DNA of 64,000 nucleotides. Source: Candidatus Latescibacterota bacterium (GTDB lineage Bacteria > Latescibacterota > UBA2968 > UBA8231). The position numbers and the translations under genes are program-made. Location of the stretch: the NCBI GenBank assembly GCA_965206595.1, contig OZ242214.1, positions 32,001-96,000 on the forward strand, read 5' to 3'. Under the pieces are notes generated by a model. It was not told the DNA's origin, ran no database searches, and worked only from the letters and a program-made list of their open reading frames with translations. Position 1 is the first letter of the stretch. Every line of letters starts with the position of its first letter. This document shows, piece by piece, positions 38,601 to 48,992 of the stretch.

Positions 38601-40825
38601 ATCGCGGGATCGGCCACCGCCATGCGCACGCTCGCGGCCGCCGGCGTCCCGATGCGGTAGCCGTCGCCGTCGATCACTGTAGCCGTGAGGGTGCCTCCCC
38701 GGGTCACGCCCCGGTTTTGCCGAGAGGGAGGGATGCGCAGCTCCGCGGCGGTCGCGTTGGCCGGGAATTCCACGCTCTGCGCGAGGTCGGCGGGATTCAG
38801 GAACGGCTGCTCCTGCGTCAGCCTGACGTTGACCGCAATGGCGTGATCCGACGCCTCCGCCAGCGTCAGGTTGAGGACCACATCGTCCAACCCTGCGATA
38901 CAGGCGTCCCTGCCCGCGCTGATCCAAATCGTCTGTCCCATATCCGCCCCGTCGTCGTCGACAATGGTCACCGTGGCGGATGCCCGACTTCCGGCGCGCA
39001 CCCCGGACGGCAAGGTCCAGAAGGAGAGTTCCAGGCTCTCGCCATCGTCGTCCTCACTGTCGTCGGTCGCGGTCACTGTCAAGCTCTTCGAGGTCTCCCC
39101 CCGCGCGAAGGCGAGGCCGGTTGCAGACAGGGTGTAGTCGTCGACGGACGCCCCGTCGCCAAGGGCAACGACAATCGGGATGATCACGGCGCGATCGGGC
39201 TCGGGGTCCAGCTCCACGGTCACCGTAGCCGAGGTCCCGTCCTCGGAGATGGTAAAGGCGCTCGCGTCGAATGAAGCAGCCACCGATCGATAGACCTTGT
39301 GGCCGGGGTCGTCAGTCAGGCCGGCAAAATCCCGGGATGTCACGAATACACCGCGATAGGGGCCCGCCACGGGAAGCGGTCCGCCGAAGCCGGAGTTCTC
39401 ACCGCCGGGGTCGACACTGATGCCGGTTGCATCCGAATCGGTATTCTGTACGCGATACCCGTACACCAGCCGGTTGGTGCCCGAGCCCGATGCGTAACCT
39501 GCCGCACGGTAGTTTGAGCCGTCGGCGGCGGCGCCGACCCGGATGCCGATGATGGAGCCGGACGACAGGATGTGCACTTCCGTGCTGAACGTCAGGGTGA
39601 CGTCGATGTCCTCACCCACCCCGTAGCCATCCCCGTGGGCGGGAATCGAGGTGATTTCCACATCCGTGACGTGAGACGATCCGTCCACCATATGGTGGTG
39701 GTCGTCAGCCAAGCCGGGGTAATAGCGATCGACCGGCAACAGGCCGAGACTGGCAGAGATCGTCGGCACCGGTCCGCCGAAACCCTTCTCCCGCCCTCCC
39801 CCATCGACGCTGATGCCGTTTGCGTCGACATCGACAATATCCACCCGGTAGCGGTACACCAGCCGGGTCGAGATGGAGCCGGACAGGTATTTCGCGGCGC
39901 GGTAGTTGGAGTCGTCGGCAGCGTCGCCGACGCGAATGCCGATGACCGAGCCGTCCGGTGGCACGTACACCGCGGTGTTGAACGTCAGGGCGATATCGAT
40001 GTTCTCGCCATACTGGTAGGTGTTCCCGTTGACCGGTGTCGATATGATCTCCGTCTGGTAAGCGCGGTAGGGACTTTCGCGCCCCTTGATCTGTATCCTC
40101 AGAACCTCGTTTGCATACCATTTCCACTTGATGGAACCGGCGCTCCGAAAGCCAAGACGATCGAGAACAGTCCATCCCTCTGCGGCCCCGGAGTCTTCCC
40201 CATTGCTGCCGGTCGTACCGAATTCGGCGACATTGCCGCCTTCGCAGCCGGCGACACAATCAAGAGCGATATAGTACTCCGTGTGCGGCTCCAGAAAGGT
40301 GTCCGCGGGAGCCTGCCACTCGTTGTGCTCACGCTCGTTCAGGTGACCTCGAGTGAGGGCAGCGACCTTGGTGAGACACTCCTCGCCGCGGTACAGGCCA
40401 GCCTCTATCGTCATGTCCCGACTATCATGAGTATTGCGCACATACAGCGAAATGCTGTGCAGTTCATACCCAGCTTGATTCGGGCCGGTTGTGAATCCCT
40501 GGTACAGCCCGTCCTGATGCGCGCTCAGAGGCACGATTCTGCCAGAAGATTGACCCGTATTCTGCACGAGCGTGGTAATGGGCGGGTCGTACTGTTGCGC
40601 GCGGGCAACTACGGCACCAACGAGCGCCGTGGCGGTGGCCAGAAGCACGGTGCCGGATCTGCGCACCCCGCCTCGCGGGCCGCTTTGCCCGTTGCCTTGC
40701 CGTTGTACTTGCCGCAGCCATCGCCTGACCCTTGGGCCGAAACGGCCTTCCGCCCGCGGTTGTGAAGTCCCTTCCCCGGCCTCTTCCCCTCGGTTCCGCA
40801 GGTCGACACCTGACATCCTTCTCAT
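35642..40825 (-). CDS. Large autotransporter-like adhesin with multiple Calx-beta/Ig-like repeats
   Basis: Same N- and C-terminal regions as 31865-34786, plus extra repeats (TY..GE.I.V.LTF...G..T..L.Y.Y.V...D.D..GI) and Calx-beta units. Confidence 0.87.
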   Translation of the reverse strand: MRRMSGVDLRNRGEEAGEGTSQPRAEGRFGPRVRRWLRQVQRQGNGQSGPRGGVRRSGTVLLATATALVGAVVARAQQYDPPITTLVQNTGQSSGRIVPLSAHQDGLYQGFTTGPNQAGYELHSISLYVRNTHDSRDMTIEAGLYRGEECLTKVAALTRGHLNEREHNEWQAPADTFLEPHTEYYIALDCVAGCEGGNVAEFGTTGSNGEDSGAAEGWTVLDRLGFRSAGSIKWKWYANEVLRIQIKGRESPYRAYQTEIISTPVNGNTYQYGENIDIALTFNTAVYVPPDGSVIGIRVGDAADDSNYRAAKYLSGSISTRLVYRYRVDIVDVDANGISVDGGGREKGFGGPVPTISASLGLLPVDRYYPGLADDHHHMVDGSSHVTDVEITSIPAHGDGYGVGEDIDVTLTFSTEVHILSSGSIIGIRVGAAADGSNYRAAGYASGSGTNRLVYGYRVQNTDSDATGISVDPGGENSGFGGPLPVAGPYRGVFVTSRDFAGLTDDPGHKVYRSVAASFDASAFTISEDGTSATVTVELDPEPDRAVIIPIVVALGDGASVDDYTLSATGLAFARGETSKSLTVTATDDSEDDDGESLELSFWTLPSGVRAGSRASATVTIVDDDGADMGQTIWISAGRDACIAGLDDVVLNLTLAEASDHAIAVNVRLTQEQPFLNPADLAQSVEFPANATAAELRIPPSRQNRGVTRGGTLTATVIDGDGYRIGTPAAASVRMAVADPAIIARLGRAVYRLDEGTGAEGSFEVIMETQPGLPAPNRSHEVILSMESGTAASDEDYLPVAATVTFTPEEFSAAADRWVARKNIEVELIDDESDEPEEDFTVRLARDPALSDLVQVRSPDGTACDGPCQSRIVIVDNDEVGVAFLDGEGNPLTDFRLTVREGEQATYQLKLDERPAAWVLIGRETGPGDVDLIPVGDQSWVFSSDENETFSDVQHWQAPVSVTVEALQDDDVLHGERRFHHSLFSDDEGRTELPDLVVVEIDDEAVGPLRIHGFPEVVSRPASGDTYGHDERIEIQVTFTRRVQVTGSPFLEFDLGNPGAARTVRADIAGGDSTQTLIFGYTVGRDDGDDDGIEIGSGAIRLNGGAIRSVETGEEAALEFAAAGLQPAHKVRGPDALATLSVAAARVTEEADATLGFVVSLSREASETVTVDFATADGTAAAGRDYTAAVGTLTFAPGETQKTVSVAVLDDAHDEGEETLTLTLSNASGAHIADDTATGTIENDDPLQRAWLARFGRTAAQRVLDGVQARLEAPRESGMQARFAGQTLGAAGEEAAFPSGGAGAVAAQGRFVTPSARLGGSVAESRVRPQSPTLRDLVTGSAFTLSRQRGEGQGTLWGGGAYSSFGGSADGLSLDGGVTTGMFGADYAIGPWVVGLPLSHSRGDGSWHSSDRGDGSMASSLTGLYPYAGFAITERLSLWGMAGYGQGDLMLTLKDGESYRTDMDLTMAAAGVRGDLVSGGPTGGPSLAIESDALFVRTTSEAASGPSGLLASAVADVSRLRLGLEGSLDLALAGGELLRPMVELGLRHDGGDAETGFGVEIGGGSVFADAARGLTAQLMVRGLVAHEAADFRDWRLSGSLRFDPRPSSELGPSVSLMPSWGAPSPGGMAALMARETLAGLAADSRAAAAGRLEAEAAYGLPVLGGRATGTPYLGLGNSAALREVRLGCRLELPNREGLKLGIEGTRRESTGDNEAPDHGVMLRLALR

Positions 40826-40886
40826 GTCGCCCTCCCTCTCTGCATGTTCCGCCAGAACGGAAATCGCTCTCGCATCCCATTCTTTG

Positions 40887-40901
40887 GCACATACCGTGCC
40901 A
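40887..40901 (-). promoter_or_regulatory. Sigma-54 (-24/-12) promoter
   Basis: Minus strand TGGCACGGTATGTGC, directly downstream of an NtrC-type activator gene. Confidence 0.72.
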
Positions 40902-41105
40902 GGCGCAGGAGAAATCGCCTAACCTCCTTATTGCAAAAGAGGTTAGAGGATCAACACGGGAATACGGGAAGAAGCGGAATTGATGCAGAATACCACGGAT
41001 TGAAAGCCGCCCGAAGGCGGCAAGGAGGGGCCTAACCCTCTGAAATCGTGTTACTTATGCGTGGTTTTGGCGGGAATGGCCGATATGCGTGGTGATTTGC
41101 CGCGT

Positions 41106-41122
41106 TGTGGCATTTTACCACA
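41106..41122. promoter_or_regulatory. Candidate enhancer (bEBP) binding palindrome
   Basis: TGTGGCATTTTACCACA, paralogous to 35063-35079. Confidence 0.55.
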
Positions 41123-41203
41123 AACCGCCTGATCGAAACCGGGAGGTTCCGGGCTGGCCTCAGGGCCGTTCTTGTTTGGCCAGGCAGCTGCGCGGCCGGC
41201 GGT

Positions 41204-43123
41204 TCACTTCCCCGGCAGCAGGTTGTACTTCCTCAACTTCCGGTGCAGGGTCGTGCGATCGATGTCCAGCACCTGGGCTGCCCGGGTAATGTTGCTCCGG
41301 GCTACCTCGAGGGCGCGGACGATTGCCCGGCGTTCCGCTTCCTGCATCGACAGGGGGGGTTGGTCAGGACCTCCGGGGCCGCTTGAAGACGGAGGCAGGG
41401 CGGAGAGTTGCTGCGGGAGGTTGTTCACCTGAAGCCGGTCCGCGGTCTCGAGCAACACGGCGCGTTCAATGGCGTTCCTCAGCTCACGCACGTTGCCCGG
41501 CCAGTCGTAGGCGAGCAGTCTCTGCAGCGCCGCAGGGGAGATCCCGCGAATGCTTTCCCCGGCGCGTTCGGCATGGTCTTTGAGGAATTGCGCCGCCAGC
41601 AGGGAAATGTCCTCGCGGTGTTCCCTCAGGGGCGGGATGGTGAGAGGAAAGGCAGCGAGGCGATAGTACAGATCGGCGCGGAACCCGCCCTCCTTTACCG
41701 CGCTTTCCAGGTCCCGGTTGGTAGCCGCAATGACGCGGATGTTCACGGGAATCGCCGATGTCCCCCCCACGCGCTGGATTTCCCGCTCTTCCAGGACACG
41801 CAGCAGCTTGGCCTGCAGGGCGATGGGCATGTCGCCGATCTCGTCGAGCAGGACGGTCCCGCCCTGGGCGCGCTCGAACTGCCCGATGCGCCGCGCCGAC
41901 GCTCCCGTGAAAGCCCCGCGTTCGTGTCCGAACAGCTCGCTTTCGATCAGCGTCTCGGGAATGGCGGCGCAGTTGACGGCGACGAACGGGCCTGTCTTTC
42001 TCGGGCCGTTGTAGTGAATCAGCCTGGCGACGAGCTCCTTGCCGGTGCCGCTTTCCCCTTGAACCAGCACCGTGATGTCGCTTTCGGCGGCCCGCTGCAT
42101 CAGCGCGTAGAGGTCCTGCATCCTCTTGCTTTTCCCCACCATGCCGTCGAAGCCGTACGTCGTTCCCAGCTCGGCGCGCAAGCGCAGGACCTCGGCTTTC
42201 ATCTGCTCGCTCTCGACCTCCCGGGAGACGTCGCGGTATATGACGACATGCCCCGTTGCGTCTTGCCGGCTATCGTTCACGGGCGCTGTCGAGCGAAAAA
42301 ACAGCCGGGGTTTCGAGACGCCGGCTGCGGTGACCTCCTCCTCCAGTTCGCCGCTGCTGCCGATAAACAGCCCCCCTTCCGATCCGGGCAGAACGGGCGG
42401 CCGCAGGCGCGCCGTGACGCGTGCCCTGAGATCGCCCGGCGCCATTCCCTTGAGCTCGCTTTCCGGGACGTCGAGGAGCTTCTCATACCCCTGGTTCGCC
42501 ACCAGGATGCGCCCACCCGCATCGAACATGCCGATGGCATCTCCCGTCGCGTCGAGCACCGCCTGAAGCCTCTGGTTGCTGGCTTCCAGTTGTCGATTGC
42601 TGGTTTCAAGTTCCCGGCGGTGCTGTGCCAGTTCCTGCTCGATGTTCCACTTCCCGGTAAGCGACAGCGTGATCTGCTGGATCTCCTCTCGCGAAAACGG
42701 CTTGCGGATATACAGCAGCTTGTGAACCAGCTCCATGTCGTCGACGATCTCGGGCAGCGTCTTGTCGGAGTACGCGGTCATGATGACGATTTCGATATCC
42801 TGCTCGAATTCCCGGATCCTGCGCACGGTTTCGATGCCGTCGGTACCCGGGGGCATCCTGACGTCGACGTAGGCCATCGCAAAGGGACGGTTCGATTCCC
42901 TGCCCGCCCTGACCATGTCGAAAGCTCCCTCCCCGCTGGTCGCATGGGAAAGCTCGAACTGCGGCAGCACGAGCTTGCCGGCCTCCGGGACAAACGCTGA
43001 CGCCAGATCATCCGTCGCCCTCCTGGTGGAGGCGGAAGCCAGCATCTCTTCGAAGTCGTTGTGGATTTCCTTCTGGTCGTCGACGACCAGCACGCGGTAG
43101 TTCCAGGAAGGGTTTGTTTTCAT
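41204..43123 (-). CDS. Sigma-54-dependent response regulator (REC-PAS-AAA+-Fis HTH)
   Basis: [56 protein letters not shown]. Start re-assigned to MKTNPSWNY. Confidence 0.95.
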   Translation of the reverse strand: MKTNPSWNYRVLVVDDQKEIHNDFEEMLASASTRRATDDLASAFVPEAGKLVLPQFELSHATSGEGAFDMVRAGRESNRPFAMAYVDVRMPPGTDGIETVRRIREFEQDIEIVIMTAYSDKTLPEIVDDMELVHKLLYIRKPFSREEIQQITLSLTGKWNIEQELAQHRRELETSNRQLEASNQRLQAVLDATGDAIGMFDAGGRILVANQGYEKLLDVPESELKGMAPGDLRARVTARLRPPVLPGSEGGLFIGSSGELEEEVTAAGVSKPRLFFRSTAPVNDSRQDATGHVVIYRDVSREVESEQMKAEVLRLRAELGTTYGFDGMVGKSKRMQDLYALMQRAAESDITVLVQGESGTGKELVARLIHYNGPRKTGPFVAVNCAAIPETLIESELFGHERGAFTGASARRIGQFERAQGGTVLLDEIGDMPIALQAKLLRVLEEREIQRVGGTSAIPVNIRVIAATNRDLESAVKEGGFRADLYYRLAAFPLTIPPLREHREDISLLAAQFLKDHAERAGESIRGISPAALQRLLAYDWPGNVRELRNAIERAVLLETADRLQVNNLPQQLSALPPSSSGPGGPDQPPLSMQEAERRAIVRALEVARSNITRAAQVLDIDRTTLHRKLRKYNLLPGK

Positions 43124-43206
43124 GTAGCTGCCTTTGGTCGCCCGATCACGAGGGACGACTCTGAAATGGTGATTTCGAGGCTCGCAGAAACAGCGCGCAG
43201 GAGACG

Positions 43207-44496
43207 TCAGGCAGGGGTTGCCGGCGTGGTGTCCCGATCCTGACGGGCGGAATCGAGCCGCAGTGTGACGCGCATGGTGGCGCCTGTGCCATGGCCGCGG
43301 CTCAAGGGTTGGATATTTCCTCCGATGCTGGTGACGAAATTGGCCGCCGAGTGCAGGCCCAGCCCGCTCCCTTCCCGCTTCGTCGTATAACCTGCCCTGA
43401 AAATCGCCTGGAGGTTCTTGCGGTCGATGCCGATGCCGTTGTCCTCCACTTCGAGGACGAGCAAGTCCTGGCGGACGCTGGCTCTTATCTCGATGCGAGG
43501 CGGTCCTTCGAGGCCGCCCGACTGCTTCAGCTCGTCGATGGCTTCCATCGCATTCTTTAGCAGGTTGACGAGCATCTGGTTGAACTGGGTTTCCTGAATG
43601 CTGATCTCTTCCGGGGCGTTGCCGCAGTTCACAAGTGTGCGGATTCCCCGGCTGGAAAACGAGTTCTGCAGGATCCTCAGGCAGCCTGAGATGGCCTGAC
43701 CCAGGTTGACGTCCTTGCAGGTCATCCCCTTGCTGTCGAAACCCCGTTGCGCGCGGACGATGTCGACGATGTGGTCCGTCTGGCTGCCGACCCGTTCTAC
43801 CGTGCGGACCAATTGCTGGTTCTCCCTGGCGAAATCGTCGGCGAGAGCCAGGAGAAACGGCCGCACCTGCCGGCCTTGCGGGTCGTTGCGGACATAGTCG
43901 GCCCAATCCTGCGGATGCGCCCTGACTGCCTGCGACAGACCGGACAGGCGTTCGATCAGCGCGTTGTCCACCAGCTTTTCTTTAAGAGTTCCCATACCGA
44001 TGGCAACGCTGTTTATGGCGTTGCCGATGTTGTGCAGGATGGTGTCCATGACCTCGAGGCGGCCCTGGGCGAAAGCCTGGGCCAGGGCTTCTTCCGCCCG
44101 CACTCTCTCGGTCACGTCGCGGAAGACGATGACCCCGCCGCCAGCCGCATTGCCCGGCGAGGTGATGGGCCTGCCGCTGGCGCTTATATGGACGCCTTCC
44201 GGCTTGGCCTCGGTGCGGATGAACATCTCCATCTCATCGGTCGCCTCCCCGCGCAGGGCGCGCACCAGGGGCAGTTCCCCGGCGGGAATGGGGGTGACTG
44301 TGTCCGGATAGAAAATGCTGTACTCCTCGGTCCCTTGTTCGAGGACCGTATCCAGCCTGCCTCCGACGATCTGTTGCGCACTTTTGTTGAAAGTGAGGTT
44401 GCCATTCTCATCGGCGACTATCACCCCGTCGCTGATGCTGTCGAAAATGGCCTGCATGAGCCGGACCTGATGCTGCAGCTCGTCAACGGTTTTCAA
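43207..44496 (-). CDS. PAS-domain sensor histidine kinase
   Basis: [15 protein letters not shown]...FRDVTER; H-box [10 protein letters not shown]; [28 protein letters not shown]. Confidence 0.92.
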   Translation of the reverse strand: MKTVDELQHQVRLMQAIFDSISDGVIVADENGNLTFNKSAQQIVGGRLDTVLEQGTEEYSIFYPDTVTPIPAGELPLVRALRGEATDEMEMFIRTEAKPEGVHISASGRPITSPGNAAGGGVIVFRDVTERVRAEEALAQAFAQGRLEVMDTILHNIGNAINSVAIGMGTLKEKLVDNALIERLSGLSQAVRAHPQDWADYVRNDPQGRQVRPFLLALADDFARENQQLVRTVERVGSQTDHIVDIVRAQRGFDSKGMTCKDVNLGQAISGCLRILQNSFSSRGIRTLVNCGNAPEEISIQETQFNQMLVNLLKNAMEAIDELKQSGGLEGPPRIEIRASVRQDLLVLEVEDNGIGIDRKNLQAIFRAGYTTKREGSGLGLHSAANFVTSIGGNIQPLSRGHGTGATMRVTLRLDSARQDRDTTPATPA

Positions 44497-44864
44497 TTCG
44501 ATCCCGACTCCCTTTGCTCAGAAACACCACGTTTCCCGATCACTTCGGCTTTGGACCCCATAGCGCCTTCCAGCGCTTGACGATGATCGGCCTCATGTCC
44601 GGGATGTGCTCCGGCCCGGGGCGTATCGTCCGACGATCGCGTGCATGGCCATGCGCTGTCCTCCCGCCCACATTCTACTGCAAGGCGAGGGTCCTGAAAA
44701 ACCTTGGTCTGCTGGTTGGCGACCTGGGTTTGGCCCGGTTCCAAGCCAACGGCTCATGCAGCCGGGCCATGCGGACGAGCCAGGGTCACGAGGCCAGGGG
44801 GCTGATTTTGCAGCCGGGTTCCCGAACATCAATAACAAGGAACAACAAAAACAAGGAACAACAA

Positions 44865-46766
44865 ATGACGAATGGCCTGTACGACGTGACCACAGAACGG
44901 GATGTAATGGTGGAGATGCGCGACGGGGTGCGGCTCGCGACCGACCTGTACTTCCCCGCCCGCGACGGGGAGCCGCTGCCCGGCACGCTCCCGGCGGTCT
45001 TTCACCGCACCCCCTACGACAAGAGCGGCGTCGAGCGCAATTGCGGGTACGGCTGTTTCTTCGCGCAGCGCGGGTACGTGGCGGTGTACCAGGACTGCCG
45101 GGGGACGTTCCAGTCCGAGGGGGACGTCAACTTCCTGCTGCCCGAGGCCGAGGACGGGTACGACGCCTTGCAGTGGATCGACCGGCAGCCGTGGAGCAAC
45201 GGCAAGGTGGGGTCGTGGGGGACCTCCTGGTCCGGCTGGACGCAGACGGCGATGGCGGCGTTGGGGCCGGCGAACCTCAAGGCCATGGTGGTCAACATGA
45301 GCGGCGCCGACGCGCACGAGTCTTCGGTGCGGCACGGAGGCGCGCTGGAGCTGCGGTTCCTGGCGTGGGCGTTCTGGCATTCGGCGGCCAACACGCAGCG
45401 CGCCCTGAAAGCCGACCCTGCGGTCGACGCCGCCCTGAACCTCGGCGCCCCGACCTTTGCCGACTGGCTGACGCGGATGCCGCTGCGCAAGGGGCAGACC
45501 CAGCTCAAACTGGTCCCGCCCTACGAGAAGTGGGCGCTGGACCTGCTGACCAGGGCCGACTACGACGAGTACTGGCGGCACCCGAGCTATGCACCGGCGC
45601 TGTTCTGGGACGACTTCCCGGACGTGCCGATTCTGCTCATCGGGGGCTGGTACGATTCCTACACCCGCTCGACCTGCAGGAACTACGAGGGCCTCGCGGC
45701 GCGCAAGCAGGGACCGGTGCGCATGCTCATGGGGCCGTGGACGCACGGGACGCAGACCCTGGAGCAGAGTTTTTCCGGGGACGTCGAGTTCGGGGAGGAT
45801 GCGGCGCTCGACGACTTCCGCGACCTGCATCTGCGCTACTTCGACCGGGCGCTCAAGGGAGCCGGCAACGGCGAGGCGAAGGCGCCGCCGGTGCGGATCT
45901 TCGCCATGGGCGGCGGCGGCGGTTATCGCACCGGCAACGGCCGGCTGTTCCACGGCGGCCGCTGGCGCGACGAAGCCGAGTGGCCCTTGGCGCGGACCCG
46001 CTACACCAGGTATTACCTCCACCGCGACGGCACCCTGTCGCCGGAAGAGCCTGTCAGGGACGGCGGCGACACGGTCTACCGCTTCGACCCCGCCAACCCG
46101 GTGCCCTCGATCGGCGGCAACGTCTCGTCGCTTTCCGGGATGGGCCCGCTGCCCCCGGGCGTGGGGGATTCCGCCAACGCGCCCTGGCAGGCGCGGGTGG
46201 AACAGCTGATGGTGCCGGGCGGGTTCGACCAGGTGGAGAGGCCGGAGTTTTACGGCTGCGCCCCGCCCTGTCTGCCGCTGGGCTCGCGGCCGGACGTGCT
46301 GGTCTTCGCCACCGAGCCGCTGGCCGGAGACATGGAGGTGACCGGGCCGATCGAGGTGAAGCTGTGGGTCTCGTCGTCGGCCCCGGACACGGACTTCACC
46401 GCCAAGCTGATCGACTGCTATCCGCCGAGCCGCTGGTACCCGCACGGGTACGCGCTCAACCTGACCGACAGCATCGCCCGCCTGCGCTACCGCAACGGGC
46501 GCGAAAAGGGGGAGCTGCTGGCGCCGGGCGAGGTCGCCGAGCTGACGATCACCCTGTATCCGACGAGCAACCTGTTCGCCGCCGGGCACCGGATCCGCCT
46601 CGACGTTTCCAGCTCGAACTTCCCCCGCTTCGACGTCAACCCCAACACCGGCGACCCCATCGGCCGGGAGCGGCGGCGGCAGGGGGCTGACAACAGGGTC
46701 CACCACAACGCGGCGCAACCGTCGCACGTGGTGCTGCCGGTCATTCCAGAAAGGAAAACCGCATAA
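44865..46766 (+). CDS. CocE/NonD family hydrolase
   Basis: MRDGVRLATDLYFP, RTPY, QDCRG, nucleophile GTSWSG, GGWYD, MGPWTH, SSSNFPRFDVNPNTG. Confidence 0.93.
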   Translation: MTNGLYDVTTERDVMVEMRDGVRLATDLYFPARDGEPLPGTLPAVFHRTPYDKSGVERNCGYGCFFAQRGYVAVYQDCRGTFQSEGDVNFLLPEAEDGYDALQWIDRQPWSNGKVGSWGTSWSGWTQTAMAALGPANLKAMVVNMSGADAHESSVRHGGALELRFLAWAFWHSAANTQRALKADPAVDAALNLGAPTFADWLTRMPLRKGQTQLKLVPPYEKWALDLLTRADYDEYWRHPSYAPALFWDDFPDVPILLIGGWYDSYTRSTCRNYEGLAARKQGPVRMLMGPWTHGTQTLEQSFSGDVEFGEDAALDDFRDLHLRYFDRALKGAGNGEAKAPPVRIFAMGGGGGYRTGNGRLFHGGRWRDEAEWPLARTRYTRYYLHRDGTLSPEEPVRDGGDTVYRFDPANPVPSIGGNVSSLSGMGPLPPGVGDSANAPWQARVEQLMVPGGFDQVERPEFYGCAPPCLPLGSRPDVLVFATEPLAGDMEVTGPIEVKLWVSSSAPDTDFTAKLIDCYPPSRWYPHGYALNLTDSIARLRYRNGREKGELLAPGEVAELTITLYPTSNLFAAGHRIRLDVSSSNFPRFDVNPNTGDPIGRERRRQGADNRVHHNAAQPSHVVLPVIPERKTA

Positions 46767-46918
46767 TGGCTTGGCCGGCACGATCCGGTTGCGGTTCCAG
46801 ACACCCGCACCGTTATAGCGTGCCCAGTGCAGCGGAGGCGGTGGAACAAGAGCAGCCGGTTAGTCGGCAACTGTATTTCGTACCGTGGTGAAGCCTCAGG
46901 TAGCTGCCAGTGGAGGCC

Positions 46919-47689
46919 TCACACCACGATGTCGGTTCCACTGCCTGCTCCCTCGAGACAATTGTCGATCACGTACCGGTATTTCGAGTATCCGCGCTGG
47001 ACAAGGGAGAAACGCTTGATGAGGTCCAGCGCCCAGAAAGGCACCAGGGATTCGGTCTTGATCTCCATGACGACGGGGGACTCCGCCCACTGAGCGGTGA
47101 CCGCGTCGTCGTAGTAGCTCATCTCCTCATCATGGCTCGACAGGTCGTACGAACCGCGCATCAGCCGGTAGCGCATAGCGCGGTCGAACGTAATGCGTCC
47201 GTAGGCGTCCACGTCGCTGACGAAGGGCTGCCGGTGGTAGCGGAGATGGAGCACGGGCTCGGTGCCGTACAGATGATGGACGTCGACGAAGGACCGCGGC
47301 AGGGCATCGTACGTCGGCGAGGTGCGTTCGCTCCTGGCGATTTCGAGCACCCCGGGCCACTCCGTCATAGCGATTCGGTCGCGGACCTTCCAGACGGTGC
47401 GGTTGTGCCGGTACTTGACCTCGAGGGTGGCAGACTCGACGGCGCCGGTTCCGTAATAGCGGACCCTGGGTTTGAACCGCAGCAGCTCGCGCAGCCTGGT
47501 GTCGTGGTAGAAGCGCAACCCGGGAGTATCCATGTACACGCTGTTGACCGTGTAGGCTCCCTGCTCCCTGGGGACGTTGGCGTCGAGCGAAAACAGCGGC
47601 TTGATGAAATCGCGAATTTCCGCGGCCTGCGGCTCGGTCACGGTGTACTTCAACTCGTAGCGGTGGATCGCAGGCAGCTCAACTGCCAT
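46919..47689 (-). CDS. VTC (polyphosphate polymerase-like) domain protein
   Basis: RYELKY, YTVNSVYMDTP, RFKPRVRYYG, LEVK, RITFD, MEIK, YSKY. Confidence 0.88.
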   Translation of the reverse strand: MAVELPAIHRYELKYTVTEPQAAEIRDFIKPLFSLDANVPREQGAYTVNSVYMDTPGLRFYHDTRLRELLRFKPRVRYYGTGAVESATLEVKYRHNRTVWKVRDRIAMTEWPGVLEIARSERTSPTYDALPRSFVDVHHLYGTEPVLHLRYHRQPFVSDVDAYGRITFDRAMRYRLMRGSYDLSSHDEEMSYYDDAVTAQWAESPVVMEIKTESLVPFWALDLIKRFSLVQRGYSKYRYVIDNCLEGAGSGTDIVV

Positions 47690-48992
47690 CGTGCCCCACC
47701 TCTTTCTGCAGAACCCCCGGATCCTCTATGCCCAGCTCGTAGTACAGGAAATAGAGGGCGTGCGCCAGTTCGCGTTGGCTCTCGGCGATTGCGACCCGCG
47801 CATCCATGATCGTGCGCTCGAGCTCGAGGATTTCGTCAGCCGGCACGGTAGGGTAGTCCCGTGTCTCGGCGATCACCAGCGACGATGCCTGGATGACGGC
47901 CTCGCCCTCCTGGAGGGTCAGGTCGCGGGCGAGCAGTGTCTCCGTGTAGTCGGAGAGCGTTTCGCGGACCTCCTCGGCGATGCGCTCGCGAACGGAAAGG
48001 ACCTCGAGCCCGCTTCCCGACACCGCAAGGAAAACGCCGGCCAGGTTGCCCGCATTGCGGTTGAAGAGGGGGAGCTCCAGGCCGAACCTCAGCTCATGCC
48101 AGTCACCTTCGGAACGCTCGAAGTGTCGGGAAACCTCCAGGAAAGACAACTGCGGCAGCCGCCGCCAGCTCTCGCGGTTTCGCCTTTCGAGGGCGAGTTG
48201 TCGCTGCTCCTCGGCCAACCGAAGCTCCGGGCGGTTGGCGTAGGCGAGGCCAAGGAGTCGCTCTTCATCCAAGGCGACTTCGGGAAGCGGCTCAGAAAGC
48301 ACCTGGATCTGCGTGGAGATACCCGTGAGTCGTCGCAACCTGCGCTCTTCCTCCCGCAGTGCGTGCAAGCTGCGAAGGTGACCCTGCCGCGCTTCGGCTA
48401 CGGCCGTTTTTGCTTTGACGAAGTAGACGATCGATCTCCGACCGAGGTCCATCATGGTCTCGATCTGGGAGATCCGCAGGTTCTCATTCTCAACCCGCAT
48501 GGCGGCGATGCGGGCCAGTTCGGCGTGCATGGCGATATCGGCGCAGGATCGGCGCACTCGCGAAGCCAGCCAATGCCGCTCCCGTACGGCCTCGACCTTG
48601 CGCTCCCACAAGGCTACCTGCTTCCGCTGCCGTCGCGCTCCCGCCTCTCCGGCGGAAGGAGGACGCCAGCGGATCCCTATCTCGAGTTCGTCGAACCGGG
48701 CGGTACCGGCCCGGGAGGCCAGGTTGCGGACGCGCACTTCCGGATTGTCGATCCAGTCGAGCGAGCGAATCCGGTGGGTGCGAACCTCGGTCTCTGTTTC
48801 GAGCGCACGGAGCCGCGGGTTGTTGTCCAAACCCACCGCCACCGTTGCTTCAATCGTCAGGGTCACCCCGTCCTTGTGGGCGGCGTTGTGACCGCCCGGG
48901 GCTTCGCCCGGGAGATCGGCGGAGGCTGCCGTCGAAGCGGGGATCGCAACGAAAGGGGCCAGCACCACGAGAAACCGGCCGCCTGCTCTCAT
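47679..48992 (-). CDS. TolC-family outer membrane protein
   Basis: Signal peptide, LDNNPRL, AYANRPEL, LELPLFNRNAG, helical repeats. Confidence 0.78.
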   Translation of the reverse strand: MRAGGRFLVVLAPFVAIPASTAASADLPGEAPGGHNAAHKDGVTLTIEATVAVGLDNNPRLRALETETEVRTHRIRSLDWIDNPEVRVRNLASRAGTARFDELEIGIRWRPPSAGEAGARRQRKQVALWERKVEAVRERHWLASRVRRSCADIAMHAELARIAAMRVENENLRISQIETMMDLGRRSIVYFVKAKTAVAEARQGHLRSLHALREEERRLRRLTGISTQIQVLSEPLPEVALDEERLLGLAYANRPELRLAEEQRQLALERRNRESWRRLPQLSFLEVSRHFERSEGDWHELRFGLELPLFNRNAGNLAGVFLAVSGSGLEVLSVRERIAEEVRETLSDYTETLLARDLTLQEGEAVIQASSLVIAETRDYPTVPADEILELERTIMDARVAIAESQRELAHALYFLYYELGIEDPGVLQKEVGHDGS

